From positions 24,591 through 38,396 of the forward strand of contig JBBIJD010000007.1 in assembly GCA_037446135.1 (NCBI GenBank): 13,806 nt of DNA, read 5' to 3'. Made by a program: the position numbers and the translations under genes. A model generated the notes under the pieces. The model searched no databases, was not told the DNA's origin, and saw only the letters and a program-made list of their open reading frames with translations. Positions within the stretch are counted from its first letter, which is position 1. The number at the start of each line of letters is the position of its first letter. This document shows positions 1 to 7,939 of this stretch, one piece after another. The stretch is from Candidatus Fraserbacteria bacterium. Lineage in GTDB: Bacteria; Bipolaricaulota; Bipolaricaulia; RBG-16-55-9; JANLFV01.

Positions 1-3
1 CTA

Positions 4-342
4 ATGACTGAGATGGGCCATCAACTGGAGCGGCTCCAAGAGGAGATCAAGCGGGTCCTCAGTGGAATCCTAGAGTTCGAGGCCCGCGATCCCCGACTCG
101 CCTTCGTGTCCATCACGCGGGTCAAGCTCTCCGCAGACCTGCATCAAGCCATCGTTTTCCTCGACTTCCTCGAGGCCGAGCGCGCGGAGGAATTGCTTCG
201 GCTCTTCCAACAGGATCGGGGGTTCTTCCGGAGCGAGCTCGCCAAAAGGCTAAATCTCCGGTATACCCCCGAGCTCCAATTCCGCGAGGATGAGGAACTC
301 CAACAAGCCCGCAGGATCGACAAGCTCCTCCGAGGGGATTAG
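4..342 (+). CDS. rbfA: 30S ribosome-binding factor A
   Basis: 112 aa with RbfA hallmarks DPRL-x-x-VSITRVKLSADL and RSELAKRLNLRYTPELQFRED. The start could be the ATG at 4 or at 13. Confidence 0.95.
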   Translation: MTEMGHQLERLQEEIKRVLSGILEFEARDPRLAFVSITRVKLSADLHQAIVFLDFLEAERAEELLRLFQQDRGFFRSELAKRLNLRYTPELQFREDEELQQARRIDKLLRGD

Positions 343-352
343 CTCAGTTCAG

Positions 353-1216
353 TCAGTGCGGAAGGATCGTCACCTTGAGCTTCGCCTCAGCCTCGTATCC
401 CTCGGCCTTTGCCTTGAGGACGATCTCCTCGACCCCTGTCGCGGCTCCCCGCGATGGCCGGACCAGGACCCCGACCTTCTTGCTCTCTCCCGGACTGAGT
501 TTCAACCCCTTCGGACGACCCCAGAGGACCACCCAGCCCGAAGGCCCGGTGACCTCGAGCTTGAAGGCCCCTCTCCTGTTCCCCTGATTAGTCACCTTAA
601 AGAAGATCGGGACCGGTAGCCCTCGCTCTAGATCTACCTCAGCCCTCGGCGAGAGCGGCTCGACTTTGGGGATGGCCGCGGCCCCGACCCGGACAGTAAA
701 GCTTGTAGTAGCTTGCAAGGCAGGACCTACGCATACAGGGCTTTCGGGCTCACTCGAGGGGGATTGGAAGCTGATCCTCCGAATCCGAACGGGTGCCCAG
801 GAGAAATCGGCCTTAAGGCTCAAGGGATACTCTCCCGGCGGGTAGAGCGGCGGGATCCCAATCGTTATGAAGACCTGGCGTGATCCCCCTAATCTGAGGG
901 TGATCGGATTCACCCCATCGAGCCCCAAGACCTGCCAATTGTCGGGGACTTCTAAGCTCAGGATCAAGCTCTCCTCGGCAGTGGAGGGGATACATTCGCG
1001 CACCGCTTCCTCCCCTTTGTAGGTCAAATTAACGACCTGGGTGATGAACTCCCCAGGCTTGGCCACCAGTTCGGGCTTCAGCGGCTTGAGCTCGATCTCT
1101 AAGCTCGGAGATGGTCTTTGGGGAGCGAAGACCACGAACTTGAGCGCCAGAGCCAACGCTAGAGCTAGGATCAAGCCGACAGCCAGCACTGCCAAGAGGA
1201 GTTTGAACCGAGCCAT
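353..1216 (-). CDS. Membrane-anchored protein with two Ig-like (NEW3/NPCBM-associated-like) domains; paralogue of the N-terminus of 1228..4260
   Basis: Long hydrophobic N-terminal segment. Motifs AKPGEFITQVV, VPDNWQVLGL, VFITIGIP..PGEYPLSLKA and FKVTNQGN align by eye with AQPGEFVTLVF, APDEGWSLLGL, VFISVLIP..AGEYELRLRA and FAVRNSGN of the 1010-aa protein. Confidence 0.75.
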   Translation of the reverse strand: MARFKLLLAVLAVGLILALALALALKFVVFAPQRPSPSLEIELKPLKPELVAKPGEFITQVVNLTYKGEEAVRECIPSTAEESLILSLEVPDNWQVLGLDGVNPITLRLGGSRQVFITIGIPPLYPPGEYPLSLKADFSWAPVRIRRISFQSPSSEPESPVCVGPALQATTSFTVRVGAAAIPKVEPLSPRAEVDLERGLPVPIFFKVTNQGNRRGAFKLEVTGPSGWVVLWGRPKGLKLSPGESKKVGVLVRPSRGAATGVEEIVLKAKAEGYEAEAKLKVTILPH

Positions 1217-1224
1217 CCCGGACG

Positions 1225-1230
1225 ATTCTA
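1225..1230 (-). promoter_or_regulatory. Possible internal -10 box (TAGAAT) for a leaderless transcript of 353..1216
   Basis: TAGAAT on the minus strand overlaps the upstream TAG stop and lies 8 nt before the ATG at 1216. There is no clear Shine-Dalgarno. Confidence 0.35.
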
Positions 1231-4200
1231 CCGGACCGGGACCTCTTTGGTCACGGCCGAGCGGAAGCCGTCATTGTCGGTCACGGTGAGCTTGACAGGG
1301 TAGGTCCCGGGCTGGGGGAAGGTCCACTCGACGATCCGGCCTTCGGCGTCGAGCTGGCCGTCGCCGTCGAAATCCCACTCATACCTCACGATGTAGCCGT
1401 CGGGATCGTAGGAGCCCGAGGCATCGAAGGTCACGGCCTCTCCGGCCCGGGGCTCCTCCGGGGTGAAAGCGAATACAGCGACCGGGTTGTAGGCGATGAC
1501 GAGCCGGCGCTCCTTCTCTGCTGCCCCGAACTCGAGCCACAGGGCTTCACCTTCGGCCAGCGTTACCCGGACTTCGGCGGGCGTCGTCGGCTCGTAGTTT
1601 CCGGGCAGGGTTGCACTGTCCAGCCTTAACTGGTATTCACCCGGCTCAAGGTTAGCGAAGGAGAACCGCCCCTGAGGGTTGGTCCAGACGGCCTGGACCT
1701 GGAATGGCTCCCCCTCGAGGAAGGTGAGGGTGATGCGGACACGCGCGAGGCTCCGTTCGCCCTCATCGTGCACGCCATCCCGGTCGGCATCTTCAAAAAC
1801 GAACCCCTCGATCGCCGCGACACGGCGCAGTGGCAGGTCTACCTCTTTGATCTCCCCGGCTTCTAACTTGACCCGGACCGGTAACTCGATTGCTGGGCTC
1901 AGACCGGCAGGGAGTTCTTCTAGCCTGATCGCATACCACCCTGGCCAGAGGGGCGGGAAGCGGAAGAGCCCGTCCCTCCTGGTCCGGACGGCGGTTCCGT
2001 CGGCGGTGACAACCACACCTGCTAGCCCTTCCTCGCCGGGATCGTAGCCTCCGTCCCCATCGGCATCGACGAAGAGGTGGCCCTCGATCCGGCCCTTGAT
2101 CGGCCAGCCCGTGGGGAGATCGAAGCGCGTGACCACCCCAAGGCCGAGGGTGAACTCCTCCTCTCCGGTGAATGTATCGACGGTGATCGCGGAGGCGAAC
2201 CAGGCCGCCGTATCCGGATTGAGCCTCGCCGCGAGCTGGCAGGCCAGGGCGGCCCGCTCCTCTTCAGTCCAGAAGTCGAGCCCGCCGCTCAGGGATTCAG
2301 AGTGGTAGCTCACTCCGATCCCGAGCCGGAACGAGCGGTCACGAACTTCCCCGTCATCGAAGCCCGCTCCGCGAGGGCCGTCCTCATCGACCCCGATATC
2401 CCCGGGGCCGCAGGAGCTGCCATCGCCGTTGGTATCCCCCAGGCAGTCGCCGTCGTTGTCGGTCCCATCAATGGGGTCTTCGTCCTCTAGGCCGTCATCA
2501 TCGTTATCCACGGCGATCCGGACCGTCTCCGAGGCGAGGCTTAAGTGGCCGAAGGAGGGCCCTCGGCCGAGGCGGAAGGCGAGGCTCACCGTTGAGATAT
2601 CGAAGGCCTCGAGATTCGGGCCATCCTCGTCCGTCCGGCCGTCGCCGTCGTTGTCGAGGCCATCGACCCAGTCCTCATCGGATGAGCTGTCGCCGTCATC
2701 GTCCCTCTGGCCGCCGTCGAAGAGCCGCCCCTCGGCGGAGCTGAGGGAGAGGGAGACCGATTCCAACAGGGCAAATAGGTTGAAGCTCCGCCGCCGGTCC
2801 CTGGTCCGGACGGTCGGGGGCCAATCATCGCTGACCCGGGTCGTGGCCTCATAGGCCAGCCTCGGGCTGGGGAGCCCCGGAGAGGCGAAGCCCCCGGCCA
2901 GCCGGGTCGAGGCCTTCGTGACCGTCCTGATGAGTGTCCCTGCGACATTATCGTGGGAGAGCTCAGAGGCAGCGAGGAAGGAGAGCCCCAGCCCGGAGAA
3001 GGCCAATGAGCCGAGGAACCCGGCGGTGTCCTTCCCTCCGCCGTAGAATGCCGGCCCGATCCGGAAGAGCCTTCCTAAGAGCCTGAGGGCCTCAGCAGCC
3101 TGCCAGGAGAGGTCGAGATGGGCTGCATAATCGACTGCGCCTCCCTGGCTGCTGATCTCTCCAAGGGCGGTCAGGCCCAGCCCGAGGGCTCCCGTGGCGA
3201 GGCTGAGGGAGCCGGAGAGCTTATAAGCCTCATCGGCGAAGACCTCGAGGAACGAGACCCCCGCGAGGCCGCGCTGGAGGCCGCTGCTATAGCCGTAGAG
3301 GTCGAAGCTGAAGGCCTCCGGGGACTTGGAGAGCGAGATCGCTAGGCCCGGGGGCTCGGACCTGAAGGCGAGGGAGAAGCTCGGGCTCTGAGCGGGGATG
3401 AGCCCGCTCACCCGGAGGTCGAACCCGAAGAGCCCGGGGATCGTCCCACCGGTCCGGAGACTGGTCTTTAACTGCCCGAGTGAGCCCTCGAGCGCGAGCT
3501 CCGAAGGGAGGGCCAAGAACAGGCTCCCGCCGACCGCCTCCGGCCCGGGAGGGAGGACCCTGGTGAGGACCGCCCCTTCGGCCGCAATCTGGGGATAGGT
3601 CGTCGAGCTGGCCCGCAGGGTCAGGCGGTCGAGGCCCGGCGGGGCCTCCTTCGGGATCATCAAGCTCACGCGGACTTCAGCCTGCTGGCCGGAGAGGAGG
3701 GGGAGGAGCTCGGGCTCCACCTCGACCGGATAGCCGCGGGAGGAGCTGGCCGCGAGGGCGAAGATATCGGGGAGATTCCCGCTGTTTCTGACGGCAAAGG
3801 TGTAGTTCACTAGCTCACCCGGCTCGGCCTCCATCCCGACCGCCGGAGGGAGCACCTCGACGGCCACGGCAGCGGCCACCTCGATGATGGCGGTAGCTGC
3901 GGCGCTGACCGTGGGCTCGGCCTGGGAGGAGGCCCGGAGCCTCAATTCATACTCCCCGGCGGGGGCCGTGGCGGGGATGAGGACGGAGATGAAGACCCGC
4001 GCGCTCTCGCCGGCCGGAAGAGCGAGGCTCTCCGGGAGGCCGAGGAGGCTCCAGCCCTCGTCGGGGGCCCGGGCCTCCAGGGCATAAGTGTCATCCTGGC
4101 TCCCCAAGTTGACGACGGTGAAGACCAGGGTGACGAACTCTCCGGGCTGGGCGAGCTTGGCCGGTGGGGGGAGGACTGCCACGGCGTAGTCAGCCGCGAG

Positions 4201-4260
4201 GGCCGTCCCGGCCAGTCCGCCGAAGATCAGGATGAAGAGGGATAATTGCCAAACCCGCAA
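1228..4260 (-). CDS. 1010-aa exported mosaic protein: signal peptide, 2 NEW3-like Ig domains, beta-strand-rich central region with Asp-rich inserts, 2 SdrD-B-like domains, C-terminal PKD; putative usher-like assembly platform
   Basis: TTG start with GGGAGG RBS and a signal peptide ending ALA-A. SdrD-B-like motifs G.(L/V)F.D.D.DG..D.GE..LA.V occur twice. PKD motif FDASGSYDPDG.IV.YEWDFDGDG...PGTYPVKLTVTD. The usher role is inferred. Confidence 0.75.
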   Translation of the reverse strand: MRVWQLSLFILIFGGLAGTALAADYAVAVLPPPAKLAQPGEFVTLVFTVVNLGSQDDTYALEARAPDEGWSLLGLPESLALPAGESARVFISVLIPATAPAGEYELRLRASSQAEPTVSAAATAIIEVAAAVAVEVLPPAVGMEAEPGELVNYTFAVRNSGNLPDIFALAASSSRGYPVEVEPELLPLLSGQQAEVRVSLMIPKEAPPGLDRLTLRASSTTYPQIAAEGAVLTRVLPPGPEAVGGSLFLALPSELALEGSLGQLKTSLRTGGTIPGLFGFDLRVSGLIPAQSPSFSLAFRSEPPGLAISLSKSPEAFSFDLYGYSSGLQRGLAGVSFLEVFADEAYKLSGSLSLATGALGLGLTALGEISSQGGAVDYAAHLDLSWQAAEALRLLGRLFRIGPAFYGGGKDTAGFLGSLAFSGLGLSFLAASELSHDNVAGTLIRTVTKASTRLAGGFASPGLPSPRLAYEATTRVSDDWPPTVRTRDRRRSFNLFALLESVSLSLSSAEGRLFDGGQRDDDGDSSSDEDWVDGLDNDGDGRTDEDGPNLEAFDISTVSLAFRLGRGPSFGHLSLASETVRIAVDNDDDGLEDEDPIDGTDNDGDCLGDTNGDGSSCGPGDIGVDEDGPRGAGFDDGEVRDRSFRLGIGVSYHSESLSGGLDFWTEEERAALACQLAARLNPDTAAWFASAITVDTFTGEEEFTLGLGVVTRFDLPTGWPIKGRIEGHLFVDADGDGGYDPGEEGLAGVVVTADGTAVRTRRDGLFRFPPLWPGWYAIRLEELPAGLSPAIELPVRVKLEAGEIKEVDLPLRRVAAIEGFVFEDADRDGVHDEGERSLARVRITLTFLEGEPFQVQAVWTNPQGRFSFANLEPGEYQLRLDSATLPGNYEPTTPAEVRVTLAEGEALWLEFGAAEKERRLVIAYNPVAVFAFTPEEPRAGEAVTFDASGSYDPDGYIVRYEWDFDGDGQLDAEGRIVEWTFPQPGTYPVKLTVTDNDGFRSAVTKEVPVR
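2377..2703 (-). repeat. Two Asp-rich DExxxDGxDNDGD repeat inserts (putative Ca2+-binding) inside the 1010-aa CDS
   Basis: Protein: DDDGDSSSDEDWVDGLDNDGDGRTDEDG and DNDDDGLEDEDPIDGTDNDGDCLGDTNGDG. DNA: identical 16-mer gtcgccgtcgttgtcg at 2446-2461 and 2641-2656. Confidence 0.8.
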
Positions 4261-4280
4261 AGGACCTGCCTCCCTAGCTC

Positions 4281-5078
4281 CTAGATTTTGAACTGGAGTT
4301 GCTGCCCTACGAGGTAATCACCCCCGAAGTCGATGATCGCCAGGGCGATGTAGTCCCCCGGCGGGAGGCGCTCCCCTTCGGCCTCCAAGATCAGTTCCCG
4401 TGTGCCTCCGGGGAGGACGGTGAACTCTTCGATCGGTAGCGTCCGGACTGTCGTGCCGGTGTCATCGCGGATCTCCACCCGGCCGGTCACCCGGAAGAGG
4501 GCCCCCTCCCCGGTGTTGCTGAAGGCCAGTTTGAGCCTGAGCGGCTCGGTAGCCAAAAGCTCGAGCCCGGTGATCTTCCCGACTTTGGTGGACATGGGAT
4601 CGCGCTGGAAGACCTTGATCCCGTATCTAACTTTTACCCCCACGGTCGTGGTCAGCGCCCCGGTCGTCTCCGCCACGGGCGTGACCTCGCTCCCCTCGAC
4701 GAAGAAGAGGGACCAGTGGTCCCCCCGGGCCCCGGGCGGGACCGTGATCGTGAAGTCGACCCGCTGGAGCTGGCCCGGCTCGAGCCGGAAGGTGGCCGGG
4801 GAATAGGCGAGCCACGACGCGAGGGAGCCCTCCAGGCTCCCCGGCTCGGCGAATTGGATCCCGCCATCGGGAGCGAGGGACCAGTCGGCGAGGGAGATGG
4901 TCACCTCTTCAGGATTCTGGCCGTCGTTGATCACCTTGAAGTAGCCCGAGCCGCTCTCCCCAGGGCCGAGATCGACGATGATCGTCAGTGGCCCGACGCC
5001 GATCGAGCCGGAGATCGAGGCCCCAGAGGCCAGCAGAGCCGCGAGTAGCCCAAGGAGAAGGTATCTGCTCTTCATCAT
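4281..5078 (-). CDS. Secreted two-domain beta-sandwich protein resembling pilus-assembly chaperones (PapD/EcpB-like or DUF916-like)
   Basis: Likely start at ATG 5078 (ATGA overlap with the upstream stop) rather than 5120. Signal peptide, then P..I.V.L.PG....G.F.V.N.G, W...SP..F.L.PG....V.F.I.VP, GDHWSLFFVE; second domain L...N.G.......G...I and F.VLPG..R, LPPGDY...A..D.G. This pattern recalls chaperone-like proteins beside fimbrial or WxL genes. Confidence 0.65.
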   Translation of the reverse strand: MMKSRYLLLGLLAALLASGASISGSIGVGPLTIIVDLGPGESGSGYFKVINDGQNPEEVTISLADWSLAPDGGIQFAEPGSLEGSLASWLAYSPATFRLEPGQLQRVDFTITVPPGARGDHWSLFFVEGSEVTPVAETTGALTTTVGVKVRYGIKVFQRDPMSTKVGKITGLELLATEPLRLKLAFSNTGEGALFRVTGRVEIRDDTGTTVRTLPIEEFTVLPGGTRELILEAEGERLPPGDYIALAIIDFGGDYLVGQQLQFKI

Positions 5079-6034
5079 CTCTCCACTATCGTCACCGTGA
5101 CCTGGAAGGTCAGACTCCAAGCGCTGGAGCTATCCCCCAGATTCGCCAGGTCCAGCCTCAGGGCGAGCCGGACCGTCGAATAAGGGGTCCCGCTCATCGT
5201 GTTGCACCCGGTGAAGATCGCCGCCGAAAGGCCGCTCAGTGGGAGCTCCTGCCAGCCTGGCTGATCTTGGATGCAGCCCTCGTCGTCGGTGCTCACATCG
5301 TAGACATCGGCCTCGAGGAGCCCATCGGGCTGACAACTCCCGCTGCAGCCGGTGATCACGGCCTGGGCGGTCACCTCATAGTCCGAGATGGCGTAGATCC
5401 GCACCGTGAACTGAGCGAAGCCCCCCGAGCCGCCGAAGTAGCGGCTGGAGAGGTCGGGCTGGTCCACCGTAGAATCGTAGACCGTCGGCTGGCTGGAGAT
5501 CATGATGCTCGCCACCTCCTGGGCCGCGATGGTGATCGAGACGCTAGCGGAGCCATTAGGCCCGGTGGCATCGGTCAATTGATAGCCCGCGCTGAAGGCG
5601 TAGCTCCCAGAGCCGCTCGAGGCCCCGTCCCCGAGGGCCCGGAGGTCGAGCCGGTAGCTCACGGTGAAGCTATCGCTGCACGGTGGAGCGCTACAATAGC
5701 CGCTGCGGATGATGGCCCCGGTTTGATACCAATTCATCCCGCCGTCGGGGCTCAGCTCGAGAGCGGTGGCCGGGGGCAGATCGGCCCCGGCGGGCCAGCC
5801 AGTGACCGCGACTGTGGCCTCAACGGCCCAAGAGCCGGTCTGGGTGGTGGTAAGTTCTATGGTCGTGGTCGGGGCGAGCAGGAAGTAGGGCAGATTCGAC
5901 CCGCTGAGGTCAGCCTGCTCGATCGTGTCATCGATCGCGCTCGGGATGGCGGAGATCGAGCTGGCGAGGCCTTGGGTCCCGGCCAGGAGGAGCCCGCCTA
6001 AGATGAGTGCCGCTGCTACCAGAGGTTTTGCCAT
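5075..6034 (-). CDS. Secreted two-domain pilin-like protein (tandem duplication of the subunit fold); candidate tip/cap subunit
   Basis: Signal peptide. Both halves contain T(I/V)(E/D)Q(A/P)DLS, RLDL..LGD and a terminal aromatic strand. The C-half has VRIYAISDYEV and FTGCN and closely resembles 6671..7273. Confidence 0.7.
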   Translation of the reverse strand: MAKPLVAAALILGGLLLAGTQGLASSISAIPSAIDDTIEQADLSGSNLPYFLLAPTTTIELTTTQTGSWAVEATVAVTGWPAGADLPPATALELSPDGGMNWYQTGAIIRSGYCSAPPCSDSFTVSYRLDLRALGDGASSGSGSYAFSAGYQLTDATGPNGSASVSITIAAQEVASIMISSQPTVYDSTVDQPDLSSRYFGGSGGFAQFTVRIYAISDYEVTAQAVITGCSGSCQPDGLLEADVYDVSTDDEGCIQDQPGWQELPLSGLSAAIFTGCNTMSGTPYSTVRLALRLDLANLGDSSSAWSLTFQVTVTIVER

Positions 6035-6042
6035 CGCTTCTT

Positions 6043-6645
6043 CTAAGTCGTCGGATCGGTGATCGTCAGCCGGATCGTGAATTCATAGCTGTTTCCGGAG
6101 GCGTTATTTTGGAGGGCCGCCAGGTCGAACCGGAAGGCCGCCCGGGCGTAATGGTAGTTCAGCGTCCCGCCCTCGGTATTCCCGCCGGTGAAGAGGAGCC
6201 GCGGGGCCGTGTCGGGGATGTCAACCCAATCGAGCGCCTGGCTATACTCCAGGCTCGGATTGGCCGGCCCGTCGTCGGCTCCGCCGAGCCCCTCCAGCTT
6301 CAGCTCCATCAGCTCGTCCCGGATGAGCTCGAAGGGCGTGGTCGTCCCCCCGGGGGCCTGCCTAGTCACCAAGGTCGTCTTGCTGAACCAGACCTCGTAA
6401 TTGGTGATGGCGTAGACGCGGACCTCGATCGTCCCGATAAAGAGATACTGCTGGAGGAGGTCGCGCCGCTGGGTGGTGATGGACCCGATGCTGACTGGGG
6501 CGAGCTGGATGTGGACCACCTCGCCGATGGCCACAGCGAACGAGCCGGTGATCGTGACCTCATCGGCCACTGTGCTCCCGGCTAGGACCAGGATCATCAG
6601 GGGTAGAACCGCCCCGAGCGCCAGCTTCTCGACCTTTCGGCCCAC
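6043..6645 (-). CDS. Secreted pilin-like subunit (paralogue family)
   Basis: GTG start with GGAGGG RBS and a signal peptide. Motifs VRVYAITNYEV, FTGGNTEGG, RFDLAAL, YEFTIRLTITDPTT. Confidence 0.75.
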   Translation of the reverse strand: MGRKVEKLALGAVLPLMILVLAGSTVADEVTITGSFAVAIGEVVHIQLAPVSIGSITTQRRDLLQQYLFIGTIEVRVYAITNYEVWFSKTTLVTRQAPGGTTTPFELIRDELMELKLEGLGGADDGPANPSLEYSQALDWVDIPDTAPRLLFTGGNTEGGTLNYHYARAAFRFDLAALQNNASGNSYEFTIRLTITDPTT

Positions 6646-6670
6646 AGTTCAGCCCTCCGCGCGGGCCTGC

Positions 6671-7273
6671 CTAGACCGTCGGGTCGGTCACCGTCAGGGT
6701 TACGGTGAACTGGAAGGCGTTGTTCACATTGCTGTCGCCCAGGTTATCCAGGTCCATCCTGAGGTCGAGATTGGCGATGGAGTAGTTGCTGGCCCCGCCC
6801 TCGGTGTTGCAGCCGCTGAAGACCACGGGCGAGGCTCCGGGGGAGACTGGGACCTCCTGCCAGCTTGTGGTGGCCATGCAACTCTCATCATCGTTAGTGA
6901 ATGAGTCGGCTCGGATCTCCATGAGCCCATCCGGGTCATAATCGCCTCCGGGGAGAGGGGTCCCGGTGACCGTCACCGTATCTGAGGCCGTGACCTGGTA
7001 GTTGGAGATGGCATAGATCCGGGCGGAGAAGTGAGCGAACCCGTCGGCATCGAAGTAGCGCTCGGTCAGCTCGGCCTGCTCGACCGTGGGATTATCCACG
7101 CTCGGCTGGCTCTCGATCGAGATGTTCACGAAGGCATCGATGGCCACGCCGAAAGGGTTCGTAGTTGCGCTCTCGTCGCCCTGGCCGGGGACGGAGAGGA
7201 GGAGAAGGCCCACCACCCCCAGGGAGACCAGGGCCACCAGGCTCTTTCTCAGACCTTTCAACTGGATCCTCAT
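6671..7273 (-). CDS. Secreted pilin-like subunit; candidate major subunit
   Basis: Strong AAGGAGGT RBS and a signal peptide. Motifs ARIYAISNYQV, FSGCNTEGG, RMDLDNLGD, FQFTVTLTVTDPTV. Confidence 0.75.
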   Translation of the reverse strand: MRIQLKGLRKSLVALVSLGVVGLLLLSVPGQGDESATTNPFGVAIDAFVNISIESQPSVDNPTVEQAELTERYFDADGFAHFSARIYAISNYQVTASDTVTVTGTPLPGGDYDPDGLMEIRADSFTNDDESCMATTSWQEVPVSPGASPVVFSGCNTEGGASNYSIANLDLRMDLDNLGDSNVNNAFQFTVTLTVTDPTV

Positions 7274-7345
7274 CTTCTTCGACCTCCTTTATCTCTGGTT
7301 CTTTCAGCCTCTAAGCTCGTCCCTTCTTTCTCCGCATCACCCCCC

Positions 7346-7939
7346 TTATTTCTCGATGATGATGAACCTCAGCGTGAAGTTGACTCGGGCCCCAGCGGTG
7401 AGGAGCTCTCCGGCTCCGGCGAGCCGGTGGAGGTCGACCCGGGCCTCGAGCGGGGCTGAGGTCGTGGGATTGGCGGTGTTATTGCACCCAGTGAAGAGTA
7501 GCAGCGAGTCCGGGAACTCGACTGCCGGGATGAACTCCACGACCTGCTCATTCACGCTGACCCGCCCGCCCGAGGGGAGGCACTCCAGCCCGGCCATCCC
7601 CGCCCGGTCGAGCCGGACCTCCAGCGGCTCGACCGCGATCTCCTGACGATCTAGGCCCCGCTCGACCGCCACCGAGGCGGCGAGCCGGAGCTCGTAATCG
7701 GTGATCGCGGCCGTCACGACCTCGATGGGACAGGGGAAGTAGAGGTAGTGCTCCAGCCTCAGGCTGGTGATGTCCAGGCCCATCGCCTGCTCCCAGCAGG
7801 AGCGGACGAAGACGGCCACCGTCTCCTCGATCTGGAAGCGGAAGGTCGTGGTGGCCTCCGGGGAGGCCACCAGAGGCCCTGTCAGGGCTAGAGCCAAAAA
7901 GAGCGCTAGGAGGATCGCACTCAGTAACTTCCCACTCAT
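7346..7939 (-). CDS. Secreted pilin-like subunit (divergent paralogue)
   Basis: ATGA overlap with the upstream gene and a signal peptide. Motifs AAITDYEL, FTGCNN, RVDLHRL, VNFTLRFIIIEK. Confidence 0.7.
   Translation of the reverse strand: MSGKLLSAILLALFLALALTGPLVASPEATTTFRFQIEETVAVFVRSCWEQAMGLDITSLRLEHYLYFPCPIEVVTAAITDYELRLAASVAVERGLDRQEIAVEPLEVRLDRAGMAGLECLPSGGRVSVNEQVVEFIPAVEFPDSLLLFTGCNNTANPTTSAPLEARVDLHRLAGAGELLTAGARVNFTLRFIIIEK

Noticed and set aside
4988..6001. 337-aa plus-strand ORF and the other antisense ORFs over the operon
   Set aside because: Shadow frames of high-GC genes. The minus-strand ORFs have signal peptides, RBSs and shared motifs; these have none.
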